A stretch of 64,000 nt of DNA from the NCBI GenBank assembly GCA_951406725.2, contig OX597817.1:77872001-77936000 (forward strand), read 5' to 3'. The notes below the pieces were generated by a model that had not been told where the DNA came from, did not search any database, and was given only the letters and a program-made list of their open reading frames with translations. Positions 42,172 through 57,148 of the stretch are shown here, one piece after another; position 1 is the first letter of the stretch; the number at the start of each line of letters is the position of its first letter. The translations under genes and the position numbers were made by a program. The stretch is from Octopus vulgaris (Eukaryota).

Positions 42172-42425
42172 CTTAGATATATACATATAAGTATATATAT
42201 ATGTGTATATATATATGTATATATATATGTATATATATATATATATATATAAACTTACATACATACATACATACACACACAGATATATGTGCGTATGTAT
42301 ATGTACATATACATGTGTGTGTATGAGTATCTATCCGTAATTTTGTACATCTCTACACATACATTTAAAAATTGGAATAGCCTAGAAACACATTTTTATG
42401 TGTACACACACGCACACACACACAT

Positions 42426-42457
<32 letters not shown>

Positions 42458-42575
42458 CACATGCATACATATACATATGCATGTATGCATGCATTTATGT
42501 GTATTTACATATATATATTTATATTTATATTTATATATATGTACTTATATAGTTATCTATATACACAAACACATG

Positions 42576-42626
<51 letters not shown>

Positions 42627-42889
42627 CACACACATTCATGCACACATACAGTGTTGGTAAATGTGAGTGGAATTGAATTATATACCGTGTAAATTCAATT
42701 AACAGTTTGCCGAACAGCATCTCCCCTGAGCATAATACAAGGCAGGTGAGAATAGATAATGTAATAGTTAACTTCCAGTTATCCCTAGATATTGCATACA
42801 AGATATTCACATCTGTCTCTTTCTCTCTTTACTCTCTGCTCTCTGTCTGTATATCTCTCAGTCTCTCATTTCCTCCCTTGAATATATTT

Positions 42890-42928
<39 letters not shown>

Positions 42929-43254
42929 CGTTCGGTCTGCTTGTCTGTTTTTCTGTCAGTCTCTCTTGGTCTTTTCATATATATATATAATTATATGTAT
43001 ATGTAAATGCTCTGATATACATTTGTGCGTGTGCGTGAGTTTGCGTAGGACAGGAGAAAAAAGATTAAGACAAAGAGACGAAAGAAAATGTGAGAGTGAG
43101 AGAGAGAGAGAGAGAAAGAAGGAGAGAGAGAGAGAGAGATACATGCATTTGTGCATGTATGTGCATATCCATCTTCCTGTTTATCTATGAATCTCTCTAT
43201 ATACACCCACTGATATACTTATATATACATACATACACTCACATACATATATGT

Positions 43255-43288
<34 letters not shown>

Positions 43289-43341
43289 TGTATACATACT
43301 TATGTCTATACACATATCCACATAAGTGTATGTATGCATAT

Positions 43342-43381
<40 letters not shown>

Positions 43382-44075
43382 ACACACACACATATGTATA
43401 TATATGTAGATGCAAACACACACAGATTCACACACACACCCACACCCACACACATATATACATACATATATACCTATACACATATATCTGTATTTGTGCT
43501 AACTTATAGTCTTTCTGTATCTTATACGTACACAAAATACTCTCTCTCACAAAAAATCTCTCTCTCTCTCTTACACACATACACACACAACATACATAGA
43601 TACAAACTCAATCTTAACCATGGAAGATTACAGCAACATGGATGACGCCAAACACCTCCAAAAACACAAAAACCCACAAAACAAAAACAAAAATAAAAAT
43701 AAAAGAAAGCAAATAAACAAATTTTTCAAAAAATTCAAAGAAAACAAATAAAAGAACAACAAATCACTAAATCATAAACGTGATATATTAAAAAAATAAC
43801 AAAATCTTTACAAAAATATGTTCTCAAAATTTCTTCTTCCACTTCAATTTTTGAATAAACTTCAAATACTGAGTATGTTTTCTCACAAGGAGGAAAGAGA
43901 AATCGGCCATATTTAATCATTTTCTCTGTCTCATTCTGTCTCCTCCATACATTCTCTTTCCTGTTTTTACACTTTTTCACACCATATTTCATTTTATATG
44001 AGAAAGCTTCTATGAAGGCTCATGATCAATGCTTCTCGAACTTTTTTTAACCATTTCCCCTTCTTGTTTCACTAA

Positions 44076-44450
44076 TCTCTCTATATATAAAGCTGAAGTT
44101 GTCTGTGTGTGGCAGGTTTGGTAGCCTTCAACTAACAGTCTCTTCTCCGAGACCCTGCTGCGCAAGTTGACCAAAATTGAAGGTATGATAGAAGAAGGCT
44201 TGCTCTTCCTTCCATTAGAACCATGTTAACATCAAAAATTATTTACATCAAAAAGATGCTTTTTTTCTATGAAAATCCCTATTTTTTACGATTTTGTGAC
44301 TGCTGTGTCACCATTTTTTGGTGTATTTCAACCAGAAAAATGTTTACTTAAAGAGAATAACAAGCTACATAATGCAAAATTTTTACTTTTCAAAAATTCC
44401 AATTCTAAAGGGTCAAAAGAAACTCGAGCAACGCCGGGCGATACTGCTAG
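44076..44450 (+). mobile_element. Non-autonomous Helitron
   Basis: Starts a|TCtctctatatataaag, ends ...cgagcaacgccgggcgatactgCTAG|t: 5'-TC, GC-rich sub-terminal hairpin-like segment, 3'-CTAG, A/T insertion site. Confidence 0.75.
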
Positions 44451-44881
44451 TACTTTTTAAACCTATCCTTTGCTATGATTCAATGTACTCTCTATCTTTT
44501 ATGTACAGACATATGCAATAACAAACTAGAATGATTTACTTCAGGATACTAGTTTAATGCAGGTGACTCCCTTACCTCAGCACCATCTGATTGTAAGTAA
44601 ATACTATAAACACATGCGGCATATATTTCATTTTGTTTAGATACATACGCACATTTTGATGTCTGATGCTGAGCTGGTAGAATAGTTACTATGCCAGACA
44701 AAATGATTAGTAGTATTTCAACTGTCTTTATATATTCTATGTTCAAATTCCACTGAGGTCGACTTTACCATTTATTCTTTTGGGGTCGATGAAACAATTT
44801 TCAGTTTAACATTGCGGTTGATGTAATCAACTTCAGCTTCTCCCAAAATTTCAGACATTGTGCCTATAGTAGAAAATATTA

Positions 44882-45030
44882 TTATCATTCCTTCCTAACA
44901 CGATGCAGGTAAAAATGCACCGGAGCCTTTAATCACCTGTCAAGTCATAGCAAGGACCTTGGACGGATAATATTTTCATTAAGATGCGCGCTGTGTCCAA
45001 TAAGGCTACTTTTTGCTAGACATTAATCTT
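44882..45030 (-). mobile_element. R4/Dong-like extreme 3' fragment
   Basis: Minus: QKVALLDTARILMKILSV then a UTR ending gataataat. Confidence 0.55.
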
Positions 45031-45187
45031 GCCTTAAGAAGTCTTGAAGTTTCAATAGGATTGAGTCTAACGCTCTGCTTACCCCTGGTATCACTTCTAC
45101 GTTACCCTCTCACATTCCTTACAGTCTTGCCATTTCCACTTTCTATTATTATTATCATTATTATCATCATCATCATCATCATCATCA

Positions 45188-45230
<43 letters not shown>

Positions 45231-46109
45231 AGTAAGCATGCAGAATCATTGGCAATCCAGGCAAAATGACATGTTCTGAGTTCAAATTCTGATGCGTTCA
45301 ACTTTTCCTCTCATTCTTCCAGGATCAATAAAATAAGTATCGCTTGAGTACTGGGGTTGATGTAATTGACTTACTCCAACCCCTGAAATTATGGGCCTTG
45401 TGCCAAAATTTGAATTCATTATTAACCCAGAATCATTATCAAACCCAGAAAGATGACACTGAGTTGAAATCAATGGGATCTGATACCGAAACTAATCACC
45501 ACAAGGCATTTTCTTTTGTCTGATGCTCAAACGACTCTAATCATTCCTTTACTCTTACCATTTCAATGATGTTAAACCACAACAATTTTTTTATCATGCA
45601 TACTGACAACCTGGTCAATGTTGGTATTCCATTCTGGAATATAAGTGAGTGCTCTATGTCAGTGATATGAGTTTATGGTAAAGGCAACAAACTGGCAGAA
45701 TAGTTTGCACAGTGGGTAAAATGCTCAACGGCATACTGGAGTCGATGCAACTGACTTAACCCCTTCCTCGAAATTGGTAGCCTTGAGCTAAAATTTGAAA
45801 CCAGCAAGTGGTTATATTCATGCAGAGGTTTTACCTTCTTTTCTCTCTCTCTTACACACACAGCACACAATCTTGGATTAGCGAATCTTGTGCAAAACAA
45901 CAACAACAGCAACACCAAGAAAAGGTTGTGGGTTGTGGAATTAATACTTTCATTTGCAAATTTATATTGATATGCATTGTCTTTGTTTCAATTAATTTTG
46001 AAAATAATGAAGAATTTAATAATACTAAGAATTTAATACAATTCTATCTTCCTGGGATGAGGAATTTATTACATTAGTTGGAATGGTGTCCTCATCATGC
46101 TTGTTTCTT

Positions 46110-46153
46110 TCACAACATTTCAGCAGTTGTTTGCTCTAGCCTTCTTCAGGTAA
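46110..46153 (-). ncRNA. Hammerhead motif (CpG-decayed) in a PLE-like terminal fragment
   Basis: TTAC-CTGAAGA-A-GGC-TAGAGCAAACAACT-GCT-GAAA-TG-TT-GTGA; stem I TTAC/GTGA, stem II GGC/GCT. Confidence 0.55.
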
Positions 46154-46161
46154 TTCACACA

Positions 46162-46324
46162 TCATATTTTAACGTGTATAAAGAACCATTTTTTGTCAAA
46201 AATTAGGTTAAAAAAATATGGGAGTTTCTTATACATGGATAGTATTAGAAGCCCTTACAAAACCATTTTTCTAAATTTTAAACCCCAAAATTAGGGGGTT
46301 CCTTATACACATTAAAATATGGTA
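46162..46324. mobile_element. MITE with ~25-bp TIRs (TcMar-like termini)
   Basis: catattttaacgtgtataaagaacc ... ggttccttatacacattaaaatatgg. Confidence 0.6.
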
Positions 46325-46534
46325 ATTCAAATGAAACAAACATGTTAAGAAAAGTGGAAAGTGGAATGAGATCGGTGTACCCACTGTAAATCATATAAAG
46401 GGTTAGGCTTGAAATTCTGATACAACAACTGAATTCAACACAAAAGACACCTGAGGGAGGCTGGAGCATACAACAGCCAAAATGTAGTGAAAACAACAAT
46501 CAAGATGAGAATACCAGTTTAATTAATATAAAGA

Positions 46535-46890
46535 ACATTGCTTACTGGCACTTGTGCCAGTGGCACGTGAAAAATAACATTCGAGCAAGGTTATTACCAG
46601 TACCGCTGGACTGGCTCCTGTACCGGTGGCACATAAAAAACACCATTTTCGAGCATGGCCGTTGCCAGTACTGCCTGACTGGCTCACGTGCCGGTGGCAC
46701 ATAAAAGCACCCACTACACTCTCGGAGTGGTTGTCGTTAGGAAGAGTATCCGGATGTAGAAACTCTGCCAGATCAGATTGGAGCCTGGTGCAGCCATCTG
46801 GCTTGCCAGTCCTCAGTCAAACCGTCTAACCCATGCCAGCATCGAAAGTGGACGTTAAACAATGATGATGATGATGATGATGATGATGAG
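46535..46890 (+). mobile_element. Repeat family C
   Basis: Internal gtgcc.gtggcac.taaaa units, then ...ggacgttaaacaatgatgatg. Confidence 0.82.
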
Positions 46891-46914
46891 TATACATAAT
46901 GAATTTAATAAAAT

Positions 46915-47252
46915 AGGGTAAAGATCTCTTTCAGTCATGAATGATAATGGGATTGCACCTAGAAAGTTCCCCTTTGAAGCACAAGTCCATGCAAATTTGT
47001 TTATGAAAGACCAGCAGTTGCCCATGCATACCAGCGCCCCTCTTCATGTCATCATAGTTATCCAAGAGAAAGGAAAAGGTTGATATATAGTGACACTAAT
47101 CTGTCAAAACTCATTTCTACAGCTGAGTGAAGTGGAACAACATGAAATAAAGTGTTTTGTTCAAGAACACAACATACAACCTGGTCTGGGAATTGAACTC
47201 ACTACCTCATGATTGCTAGTTCAATTCTCTAACTACTGAGCAATGTGCCTTA
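46915..47252 (-). mobile_element. SINE family D
   Basis: Reverse complement of 13660-13985. Confidence 0.78.
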
Positions 47253-47407
47253 ATAAAATAGTGAAATAATTTTGGCATTATTAAGCTGATATAATATTTT
47301 GATGGAAGATTTTGATTTTAAGTCACTTTAAACAAAAAGCTTATATCTTCAGACTGAGGGCAGTCATAAACAAGTTGGTATCAAAAGGATTAATGAAAAA
47401 TATGGAT

Positions 47408-47835
47408 AGGTGTAGGAGTGGCTGTGTGGTAAGTAGCTTGCTTACCAACCACATGGTTCTGGGTTCAGTCTCACTGCATGGCACCTTGGGCAAGTGTCTT
47501 CTACTATAGCCTCAGGCCGACCAAAGCCTTGTGAGTGGATTTGGTAGACAGAAACTGAAAGGAGCCCATCATATATATGTATATATATATGTATGTGTGT
47601 ATATGTTTATGTGTCTGTGTTTGTCCCCACAACATCGCATGACAACCGATGCTGGTGTGTTTACGTCCCCGTAACTTAGTGGCTCGGCTAAAGAGACTGA
47701 TAGAATAAGTACTAGGCTTACAAAGAATAAGTCCTGGGGTCGATTTGCTCAACTAAAGGTGGTGCTCCAGCATGGCCGCAGTCAAATGACTGAAACAAGT
47801 AAAAGAATAAAAGAATAAAAGAGTAAAGGAATAAA
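47408..47835 (+). mobile_element. SINE family A, full length
   Basis: Matches 28202-28592. Confidence 0.9.
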
Positions 47836-47884
47836 AAAATAGAGCACAAGCGGAATTGAAGCAGAAGACTAAAATGAGAAGAGT

Positions 47885-48212
47885 GAAGGTGCATGGCTTA
47901 ATGCTCATTGTCGCAAAATCATGAGTTCAATTCCTGGTAGCAGGTTGCGTCCTTGAGCAAGACAATTTATTTCAATTTGCTCCAATCTGACAAAAATGAT
48001 GGTAAAAATGAGTTGGCAAAAATAAGTTGTGCCTGTATTTCAAAGGGGCAACCATGTCATATTCTATATCATACTGAATCTCTCTGAGAACTATATTAAG
48101 GTTACGCATGTCTGTGGAGTGCTCAGCCATTTGCACATTAATTCCATGAGCATGCCATTCCATTGATCGGATCAAATGAAACCATTGTCATCATAACTGC
48201 TGGAGTGCCAGT
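47885..48212 (+). mobile_element. SINE with family D-like head and CORE segment but a different 3' region
   Basis: gaaggtgcatggctta...gagttcaattcc...ccttgagcaagaca.tttatttca then a distinct tail. Confidence 0.6.
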
Positions 48213-48465
48213 TAAAACATGAGAAGAAGGTAAAATTTATTGATGTGGAATTCAGTGAAGGAAATATAAAGGAATTATAATACGAATCACAGTTGTTGTT
48301 CTGGAGGTATTTGCTTTTGTGCTTCGCTTTTGTTTATTTAATTTTTATCCTTTAGCTTCTTTCTTTCTTTTTAATTTCTTCCTATTTGATTGTTGGTTAT
48401 TATTTTTTTATTTGAAGTTATGTTTCTTAAATCTGTAAAACAAATTATATATGTGTATATGCATG

Positions 48466-48517
<52 letters not shown>

Positions 48518-48791
48518 CATACATAGATACACACATACATACATGCATACATACATATTAGATAAATTGATATACATATATATCAACATACACACATCCA
48601 TGTATAAATTAACACACAGACACACACACACTTACATGTATATATATTTTATATATATATATATATATCGAAATATTCAGATATGCATTTATGTGCATGT
48701 ATACATATAAATATATAGATATTTACAAACACATTTGTATGTATGTATATCATTATACACATTCGAATATATAAAGAAGCGTGTATGTACA

Positions 48792-48829
<38 letters not shown>

Positions 48830-49582
48830 TACACGTGTATGTATGTATAGATGTATGCATACATGCATGTATGTATGTATATCAAATTTCTTTCACTGGC
48901 ATTGATTTTAAATATATATCTTTATTTTTCACATATTTTTTTCTTTCCATTTGGGGTTCACCATTTGTACATTCCGTATTATCTCCATGTACACCTTTTA
49001 TCACATTATCATGAAACTCATAGTACTACTGTTTATGATATCAACACATAACCCTTTCTCTAAATTCAATTTATTCTTGACTATTATATTTAGGTGTTTG
49101 GATTATAATTTTTCCTTTCATTTTTCAACTAGATTCAGTTATTGTGCTGTAGTCATGCTGGAGCAACACCTTAAAATCCGTACAAGAACTCTAACATTGA
49201 TTGCATTAATAGAACACAAGCTGGAGGAAACATCACAGTGTCTGCTTGACTTGGTAGAAATAACAGCTAAATATCCCTTATCAGGAGGCCATGAATGTGA
49301 CATGGGAGCCTTGCACAAAAAACAAAATGAGCAAGTTTTTCTTAACAAGAATTCTGTTCATGTGGTACCTTGATATAATCTGATTATAGTTTGTTTTTAA
49401 ATCTAATAATTCCTACAGAGAAGCAAAACTTAAGTCAGGTTTAAGTTGTGTTATGTATAGTAATAATAAAGTTGTATGTTTTGTGAAAGTTATTTATTTC
49501 TTTTGCTTTGTAATCCAAAGAAGTAGGCTCAGTAACCACTGTACACTATATCACTAAATAAAACAAAAAATGTAATAATAAT

Positions 49583-49644
<62 letters not shown>

Positions 49645-49735
49645 TAATAATAATAGTTACTGAGGTAACGCCTCCAGAAGTTATACAGGAATAAAAAAAA
49701 TAGAAGAGTGCCATAGTTATTATGTGAAATTGGTT

Positions 49736-49773
49736 GAACGATATTTCAGCATCTAGCAGCCTTCCACAGGTCC
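49736..49773 (-). ncRNA. Degenerate hammerhead motif in a 145-bp insert between (TAA)n arrays
   Basis: GGAC-CTGTGGA-A-GGC-TGCTAGAT-GCT-GAAA-TA-TC-GTTC; one core substitution (A6). Confidence 0.5.
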
Positions 49774-49819
49774 AAAAATTACATGTCAGTCCGTTTCATT
49801 TAATATAATAATAATAATG

Positions 49820-49894
<75 letters not shown>

Positions 49895-50179
49895 GTAATC
49901 CTTTCTACTATAGGCACAAAATGTGAAATTTTGGGGAGGGGACTAGTCGATTACATCAACTCCAGTGTTTCACTGGTACTTAATTTATTGATCCTGAAAG
50001 TCAACATCGGCAAAATTTGAACACAAAACATATAGATCGGTGAAATACCGCTAAGCATTTTGTCCAGCGTGCTAACAATTCTGCCAGCTCTCTGCCTTAA
50101 TAATAGTGATAATAATAATAATAATCATAATAATAATAATGATAACAATAATAATAATGTACCAGACAGTGGTTAACAT

Positions 50180-50362
50180 GACGATGAACAAACACAAAAA
50201 AACAACGTGAGGATGTGGTTCATGTAAAGTATTAGCAGATGCTCAGGGAAGGAAAGAAAGATGGTTTAATGTTTCGAGCAATACTCTTCTTCAGAAACAG
50301 AAGAAAGTCCAATAGAAAGGAAGATGGAGGAAGAAAATTACCAACAATTCACATGCGGTTAC
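50180..50362 (-). mobile_element. Hammerhead-bearing repeat H1 (diverged); motif at 50264-50298
   Basis: GTTT-CTGAAGA-A-GAGT-ATT-GCTC-GAAA-CA-TT-AAAC. Confidence 0.68.
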
Positions 50363-51988
50363 ATACAAGTATGGGTTACATGCTAACATGCAATGAAAAA
50401 CATCTAACCTATGGGATGGAGAGCCCTAAAGGAAAAGCCTGTGGTATGTGATTCATTGAATTTGTGTCAAACATTTGCACCAACTTTTCACTATCAGCAT
50501 TTCTGAATATTATGACTGGCTCTACATAACCCTTCTTTATTGAAAACAAATCATTTGACTGGGCAGTGAAACAGCGAGACTGTTGGATCCTCATACACTG
50601 TGGATGAAAGGAGAATCCATTACATATGCATATGTGTGTGTGTGTGTGCACGTATATATATGTGTGCACGTATATATATATGTGTGTGTGTGTGTGTGTT
50701 TATATATATGAAGCTATGTTTTCCAAAATGTAGGCAAATACCTATCTCCCTGTGATTGCCTTGAAAAATTTTTAAGACATAAAGATATTTTCCTATTTTT
50801 CTTAACATGAAACCAATGGTAGCCTTAATTCACAAATAAAGAAATTATATCCAGCAATGCAGTGTTGAGCACTCATTGTCAGTGTTTGACATTTACTTAT
50901 ATATATATATGTGTGTGTATGTGCAAGTGTGTGTGTGTGCATACACATACAAATATGAATGTGTGTGTGCGTGCATGTATATATATATATATGTATATAT
51001 GTAGGTAGGTTGATAAGTTGTCAGACAGATGGATAGATAGACAGGTAGACAGTAAGATAGAGAGAGGTAGATAGACTGGTATAACATCAGTCACCTGGAT
51101 AATGCAAGCCTGAACATCTAACTAACCAGTTTACCCAGATAATAAGTACAAGAATCTCTTTTTCAGCTCAGCTGTGCATGTGTGTATGTGTGTGTGTGTG
51201 TGTGTGTTTGTGTGTTAACTGCAAAGGAGAACAACAGCAATGGCATTTGGCATCTGCTTGGATTGTTGCGAAGTTGAAGTAAAGTTAATTGTTCTGTCCA
51301 AGACAAAAGAAACAAGGTAAAAACAAAACAAAACAATGCAAAATAACAATAACAAAAACAAAACAAAACAAAGCAGTAATAACAAAAAAAGGAAACTTTG
51401 AAACTAGAATGATGCAACGTATACATGCAGAGATAAACCGAGTCATGACTCACGAATAAAACATACAAAAGAAAGTAAAAACAACAAAAAAATTTAGTTG
51501 GTGCCTTATCATCTTAGCCACCACACCCCATAATATATTAATATATGCACTAATATGTAACAAATATATAAATAAGTAAACAATCTGTTTTGAAAAATTG
51601 CATCTATATACACGCACACACACATATATATATATACACCCACATACATATATATATATGTGTGTGTGTGTGTGTTTGTGCATGCATGTAATATATATAC
51701 ATACATATATATATGTACATTTATGTATGTAGATATATATATATGCATGTATATATGTATGTATATATGCATATAATATAAATACATACATACATTCATA
51801 TATATATATTATATATATATAAATATAGAAATATACACATACATTTATGTACATGTATATATAAAATATATAATATATTTACGTGTGTATGTATGTATAA
51901 ATATATCTACACACACATATACACATGCACAAATATATATATATATATATATATGTATAAACATATGCATTTATATACATATACATAT

Positions 51989-52035
<47 letters not shown>

Positions 52036-52559
52036 CATACATACATACATACATACATACATACATACATACATACATACACATGCACATATTAAAGAAA
52101 AACACTACACAATCACAAGGTAAAAACAACAAATGCAGCAGCAGTAGCAACAACAACAACAGGTAAAAGTCTAACAACAAAATAATAAGAATAAATACAT
52201 TAGATGAAAATTCCTGTAAGAAAATGTTAGTTCTGTCACCATGCCCAGAAACATAGAGTGCTTATTGTTTTCTTTTAATTCCTTTACAAAAATACCCAGA
52301 CCTCAAAAGATATTATGCCAAAACAGTTAACCATTCTTTCATAATTACCAGAAGGATTCACAGAATGTTCTATTGTTTGATTCTTTTGTTTTGTCTGTAA
52401 AGTTATTAGTTGTTGTTGTTGTTGTTGTTTTAATATATGTGGTTGTGTGTATTTTTTTTTAATCTGTATGGTTTTGTTGGTTTGGTTTTTTTTATTTTTA
52501 TTTTTTACATATTAAGTTTCAAAGTGTGGAAGCATGGAAAAAAAAAATTAAGATAGCGA

Positions 52560-53050
52560 AATAGATAGGTAGAGTGAAAGAGAAAGTGGGAGTGAGAGTG
52601 AAAGTGGGAGTGAGAATGAGAGAAGGAGTGGGAGGGAAAGACTGAGTGAGAAAGAGGGAATGGGAGAGATAGAAGGAGGAGTGAGAGAGATAGAGGGAAT
52701 GAGAATGAAAGAGTGGTTGAGAGAGAAAGAGAAAGTGGGAAAGATAGAGGGAGTGAGAAGCAGAAAGAAGGAGCAGGAGAGAAAGTGGGAACGAGAGAAA
52801 AAGTGGGACTGAAAGAGGAAGTGGGAAAGAAGAAGAGGGAGTGAGAGAGAGGATGATAAAAAGAGATACAAAGGGATAGAACATGTAAAACATAAAATAA
52901 AAAATGAGAGACAAAGAAAGAGAGAGAGAGTAAGAAAGAGAGGGACAGAGAGATACAGAAAGAAAGAGAGCAAGAGAGAAGGAGGAAATTAGTAAGGAGA
53001 GACAGTAAAAGTCACAGAAGAGATGAAATATCAAGAAAACCTAAATGTAA
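52560..53050. repeat. Polypurine (GA-rich) tract
   Basis: Nearly pure A/G strand. Confidence 0.85.
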
Positions 53051-53261
53051 AAAACAAAAAGCAAAAGAAAAGAAGAAAAAATAAAGAAAAATGGAATAAA
53101 GAATTGGCTGGAATTTTCACCTGAGCAATAAACATCTTCTTGAACTTTCTCTAAATTAATAGATTTGAGTCAGTAAAACTTTTCTTTAATGAAAATTTAA
53201 CAAAAGAATTTTTAAAAAAATTATTTAACTATCAGTCTCTACCAATTTCAACCTGGTAATA

Positions 53262-53344
<83 letters not shown>

Positions 53345-54493
53345 GAATGATAATAATAGTAATAGCAACAACAATAATGATGATGATAGTATTAATAATA
53401 ATAATAGATTAATGATAGCAATTGCATTTTGTTTTTTTTCTTTATAATAAAATGTTTTTCTTTCTGTCTTTCTTTCTTAAAAAAAAAGCTGTTTTGGTTT
53501 CTTTTGCTTGGAATCTAATAATTCTCATTATTCTTTAATACTGTTAGTTTAACGTTGTTCTTTCTTTATTTCTTCATTTTTTGCTTGTTCATTTTTCATT
53601 CTTCTCATTTTTCTTTATACTGGTATATTTTTTTTCAGTTTTAATCTCATTGTTTTGGGGGGCATTTTTATTTTTTATTTTTTTAATATATTTTAATTTT
53701 TATTTATCTATTTATTTTTTGAGCATTTTCATTTCAGTGATATCCCTCAGAGATTTCATGCTTTCTGATAATCGTTTCGGCAGTGGTGTTTTGTTTCTTG
53801 CACTTAGATTATTCTTCAAAGTGTGCGTGATCCGTCATCAGCAACAAATGCAATGCTCAACATGCATAAGAAGTTTAGTTCATAACCAGGTGGTTCTGAG
53901 ATCGATCACAGCACATAGCAGCTTCAACAAGTGTCTTCTACCACACCTTAACTTCAATTATAGATTGTGAGTGGAATTTGGTAAACATCAAATTAAAAGG
54001 AATTCCATCGTATTTATTCAGGGTGATTCAAATGTCTTATTAGGTTATTAATTTTATGCAGCAATCAAATGTTAAAGGGACTTGCCAGTCAGTACATGCA
54101 TGCATGTATGTGTGTGTGTGTGTGTGCTTTCTGCTTAAACAGAAACTTACCAATAATAACATGTATATCTATAATAACATGCTTATCATTTTCTGTATCA
54201 GTGGCATGAGTCTTTTTTAAGCATCACTCTACTGCACTAAGATCTTACAAAAAAAAAAACTAAAAAAATTATAAAAAAACTCTATAGAACTTACTGGAAG
54301 CCCTCTAAAAAAGTTTCATGAAACATAGGCATGGCTGTGTGGTAAGAAAGCTGGGTTCCCAATCACATGGTTCTGAGTTCAGTTCCACTAAGTGCCATTT
54401 TGAGCAGGTGTCTTCTGCAATAGCCTCAGCCAACCAAAGCCTTGTGAGAGGATTTGGCAGGCAGAAACAGATATATATGTGTGTGTGTGTGTG

Positions 54494-54553
<60 letters not shown>

Positions 54554-54915
54554 CTGCTACAATCAATTGTAATATAAGCAAAAATTTAAAAACCATGATT
54601 CAGCTGTAATACCAGTAGAAGTGATTATAAAACCAGAACTTAATTCGATTAAAAAAATAATGCTATCACCCTCAACTGAATATCAACGCAGGAAGCTTGT
54701 TTGAATTTGTTCACTTTTAAAATGCAGTAAGTGATGGATCCTTGATGAAATTGCAGCAACTAGGATATATAACTGCATACAGAGTAATGTGCAGTTGCTG
54801 CAATAGAAACATATGTTGGTCACTGTTGCTGTAGAAAACTTTTAATAAAAACTTTTAGAATAAAAAAGTGTGGAATAAATTTTTACTCACCTCTTGGTTT
54901 TCAGTTATATATATA

Positions 54916-54946
54916 TGACCCGTCATTGCCGGGTCATAGTGCTAGT
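54916..54946 (+). mobile_element. Helitron-like 3' terminus
   Basis: tgacccg-tcattgc-cgggtca hairpin followed by tagtgCTAG|t. Confidence 0.5.
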
Positions 54947-55304
54947 GCATGTATATATGTGTATATATATGTGTACATATTACGTGTACATCTATCTATA
55001 TATACATCTACACATAAAATACAAAATACAAAGTTATATCTTGATATCGCCGGTGATAACAATACTCAAAATATATAACAGACTGGAATTGTAGGACTAT
55101 TCTATTTCTGCACGCTAATTTTATTTTTAATTTATTCCCATTCATGTGAAACCACTTATTCAAGTTCAAGTTATTGATGCAATTTTATACCAATTGTTAT
55201 TTTTACTTTTGTTATGCTACGTTTATATTATACTTTAGTTTGATTTTAATTATTACTTACTACATATAATTCAATTGTTATTATTTTCTCTAATTTTAAT
55301 TGTT

Positions 55305-55562
55305 AAAGTGAAAGTATCTGACATAAAATAGAGAAATGTTTTGTTTCACTTTTAACACGTAATACTGAAATAGTGGAGAAGATATGATATTGCTATGGGC
55401 TCGCCCTAGGCAAGAAGTTGAACATTTTTTTTGCCCATGAAACTACATGGACCCTAAGTAAGGCAGGTGTAAAATTTGAATGAAATTGGTTGTGTAGTTC
55501 TCAAGTTTTAGGGAAACACACAGACAGACAGACACACATTCTCAGTTTTATATATATAGAGA
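55305..55562 (-). mobile_element. Non-autonomous Helitron-like element, 5' portion
   Basis: Minus begins a|tctctatatatataaaactgagaatgtgtgtctgtctgtctg; homolog of 31812-32085. Confidence 0.6.
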
Positions 55563-57077
55563 TAATAATACTAGGGAGTATAACTCGAAACTTACAGGGA
55601 AAAAATTCAATTTAGTATTAAATCAAATTTCACAATATAAATATATAAAATATATAAATTAGAGAAAAACCACTATTATGCAATTCAAACAATGATAGAC
55701 ATAAATTAAATCATTAATAAAAAATAGAATATATTTTAAAACAAATAATTACATCACAAAAAGTATAAAAATGTGTAAACAATATTTAATAATAGCAGTT
55801 TATCTTTAATTTATATATATATTACATATATTTATATATATATAATACATGTGTGTGTTGCATTTGTCCACCACCAATACTTGACAACCAGTATTGGTAT
55901 GTTTTTATTCCCATAACTTAGTGGTTCGGTAAAAAAGAAAAGAGAACGATAGGATAAGTACTGGGCTAGAAGCAAAAAATTAGTACCTGGGGTCGATTCA
56001 GTCAACTAAAAATTCTTCAAGGTAGTGTCTTAATATGGTCACAGTCTAATGACTGAAACAAATAAAAGATAAAAATAATGAAGGATACATTCAAACACTA
56101 AGAAAAATAAATTATGAAACCAGTATTCAAATATATCTTAATATTAATGATAATTATATAATAAATTGGCTCATTATAAAACATATATATCAGATTAATG
56201 ACTCCAGAAGGCAGGATTTTTGTTTCTCAAAGGAGAAGCAGAACATCATATTAAATTCAGTCATTTGTAATTTTGACCATAAGGTCAGAATTGGTGAATT
56301 CTTACTGACACATCCATGGATATTTATTGACAAACTTGCAAAAACAAACTAGCTAAAATAGTTCATTTCCTTTATAATAGATTTACCATGGTCTGAAACA
56401 GGTTTACACATTGAAAAAACCATTCAGTTATAATACCAACACTAAAATTGCATTGACAGTTGACACTTTCAATGGAACATGTTTGTGTACAGCATTAATT
56501 TACTAAACTAATGTCTTTTTTGTAAATTATAGTCACACAATGAGCTCTATAGGATATCCTGAAAATCCTTTTAAAGATTATTCTTGCAACATCACTTGCA
56601 ATTGTGATGCAGTGCAGCAGTTTTCTCAGTGTCTGAATGTATAACATTCAAACAAAGATTGTGTGTATTTTATACATATGATACTATAGACATGAAAATA
56701 TTATGTTCCATGTAAAAGCAGATGAATCTGTCTGGAAAGCTTTGATGATGATTGAGAAAATGAATGTGTGAAGCATTTTCTATTTATTATTTATGATTTA
56801 TTTATATATTTATTTATTTAATTGCAAATCAAAGAAACCTCAATGAGTAATCACATAATCATATTTCTGAATGTTTATGAATATTTTTGCTTAGTTATTA
56901 TCTCCTCAAATGAGTCTATAAATTATATAATTACTGAACTGTCAATGGGAAGGGTATCCAGCCATAAAAAGTATACTAGACATTAAAGTATACCGCTGTC
57001 CTTGAACACTTCAGATTTGGTTGAACCATCCAATCTAACCCACCATGGAACATGGATACTTAAATGATGATAATAAC

Positions 57078-57148
<71 letters not shown>

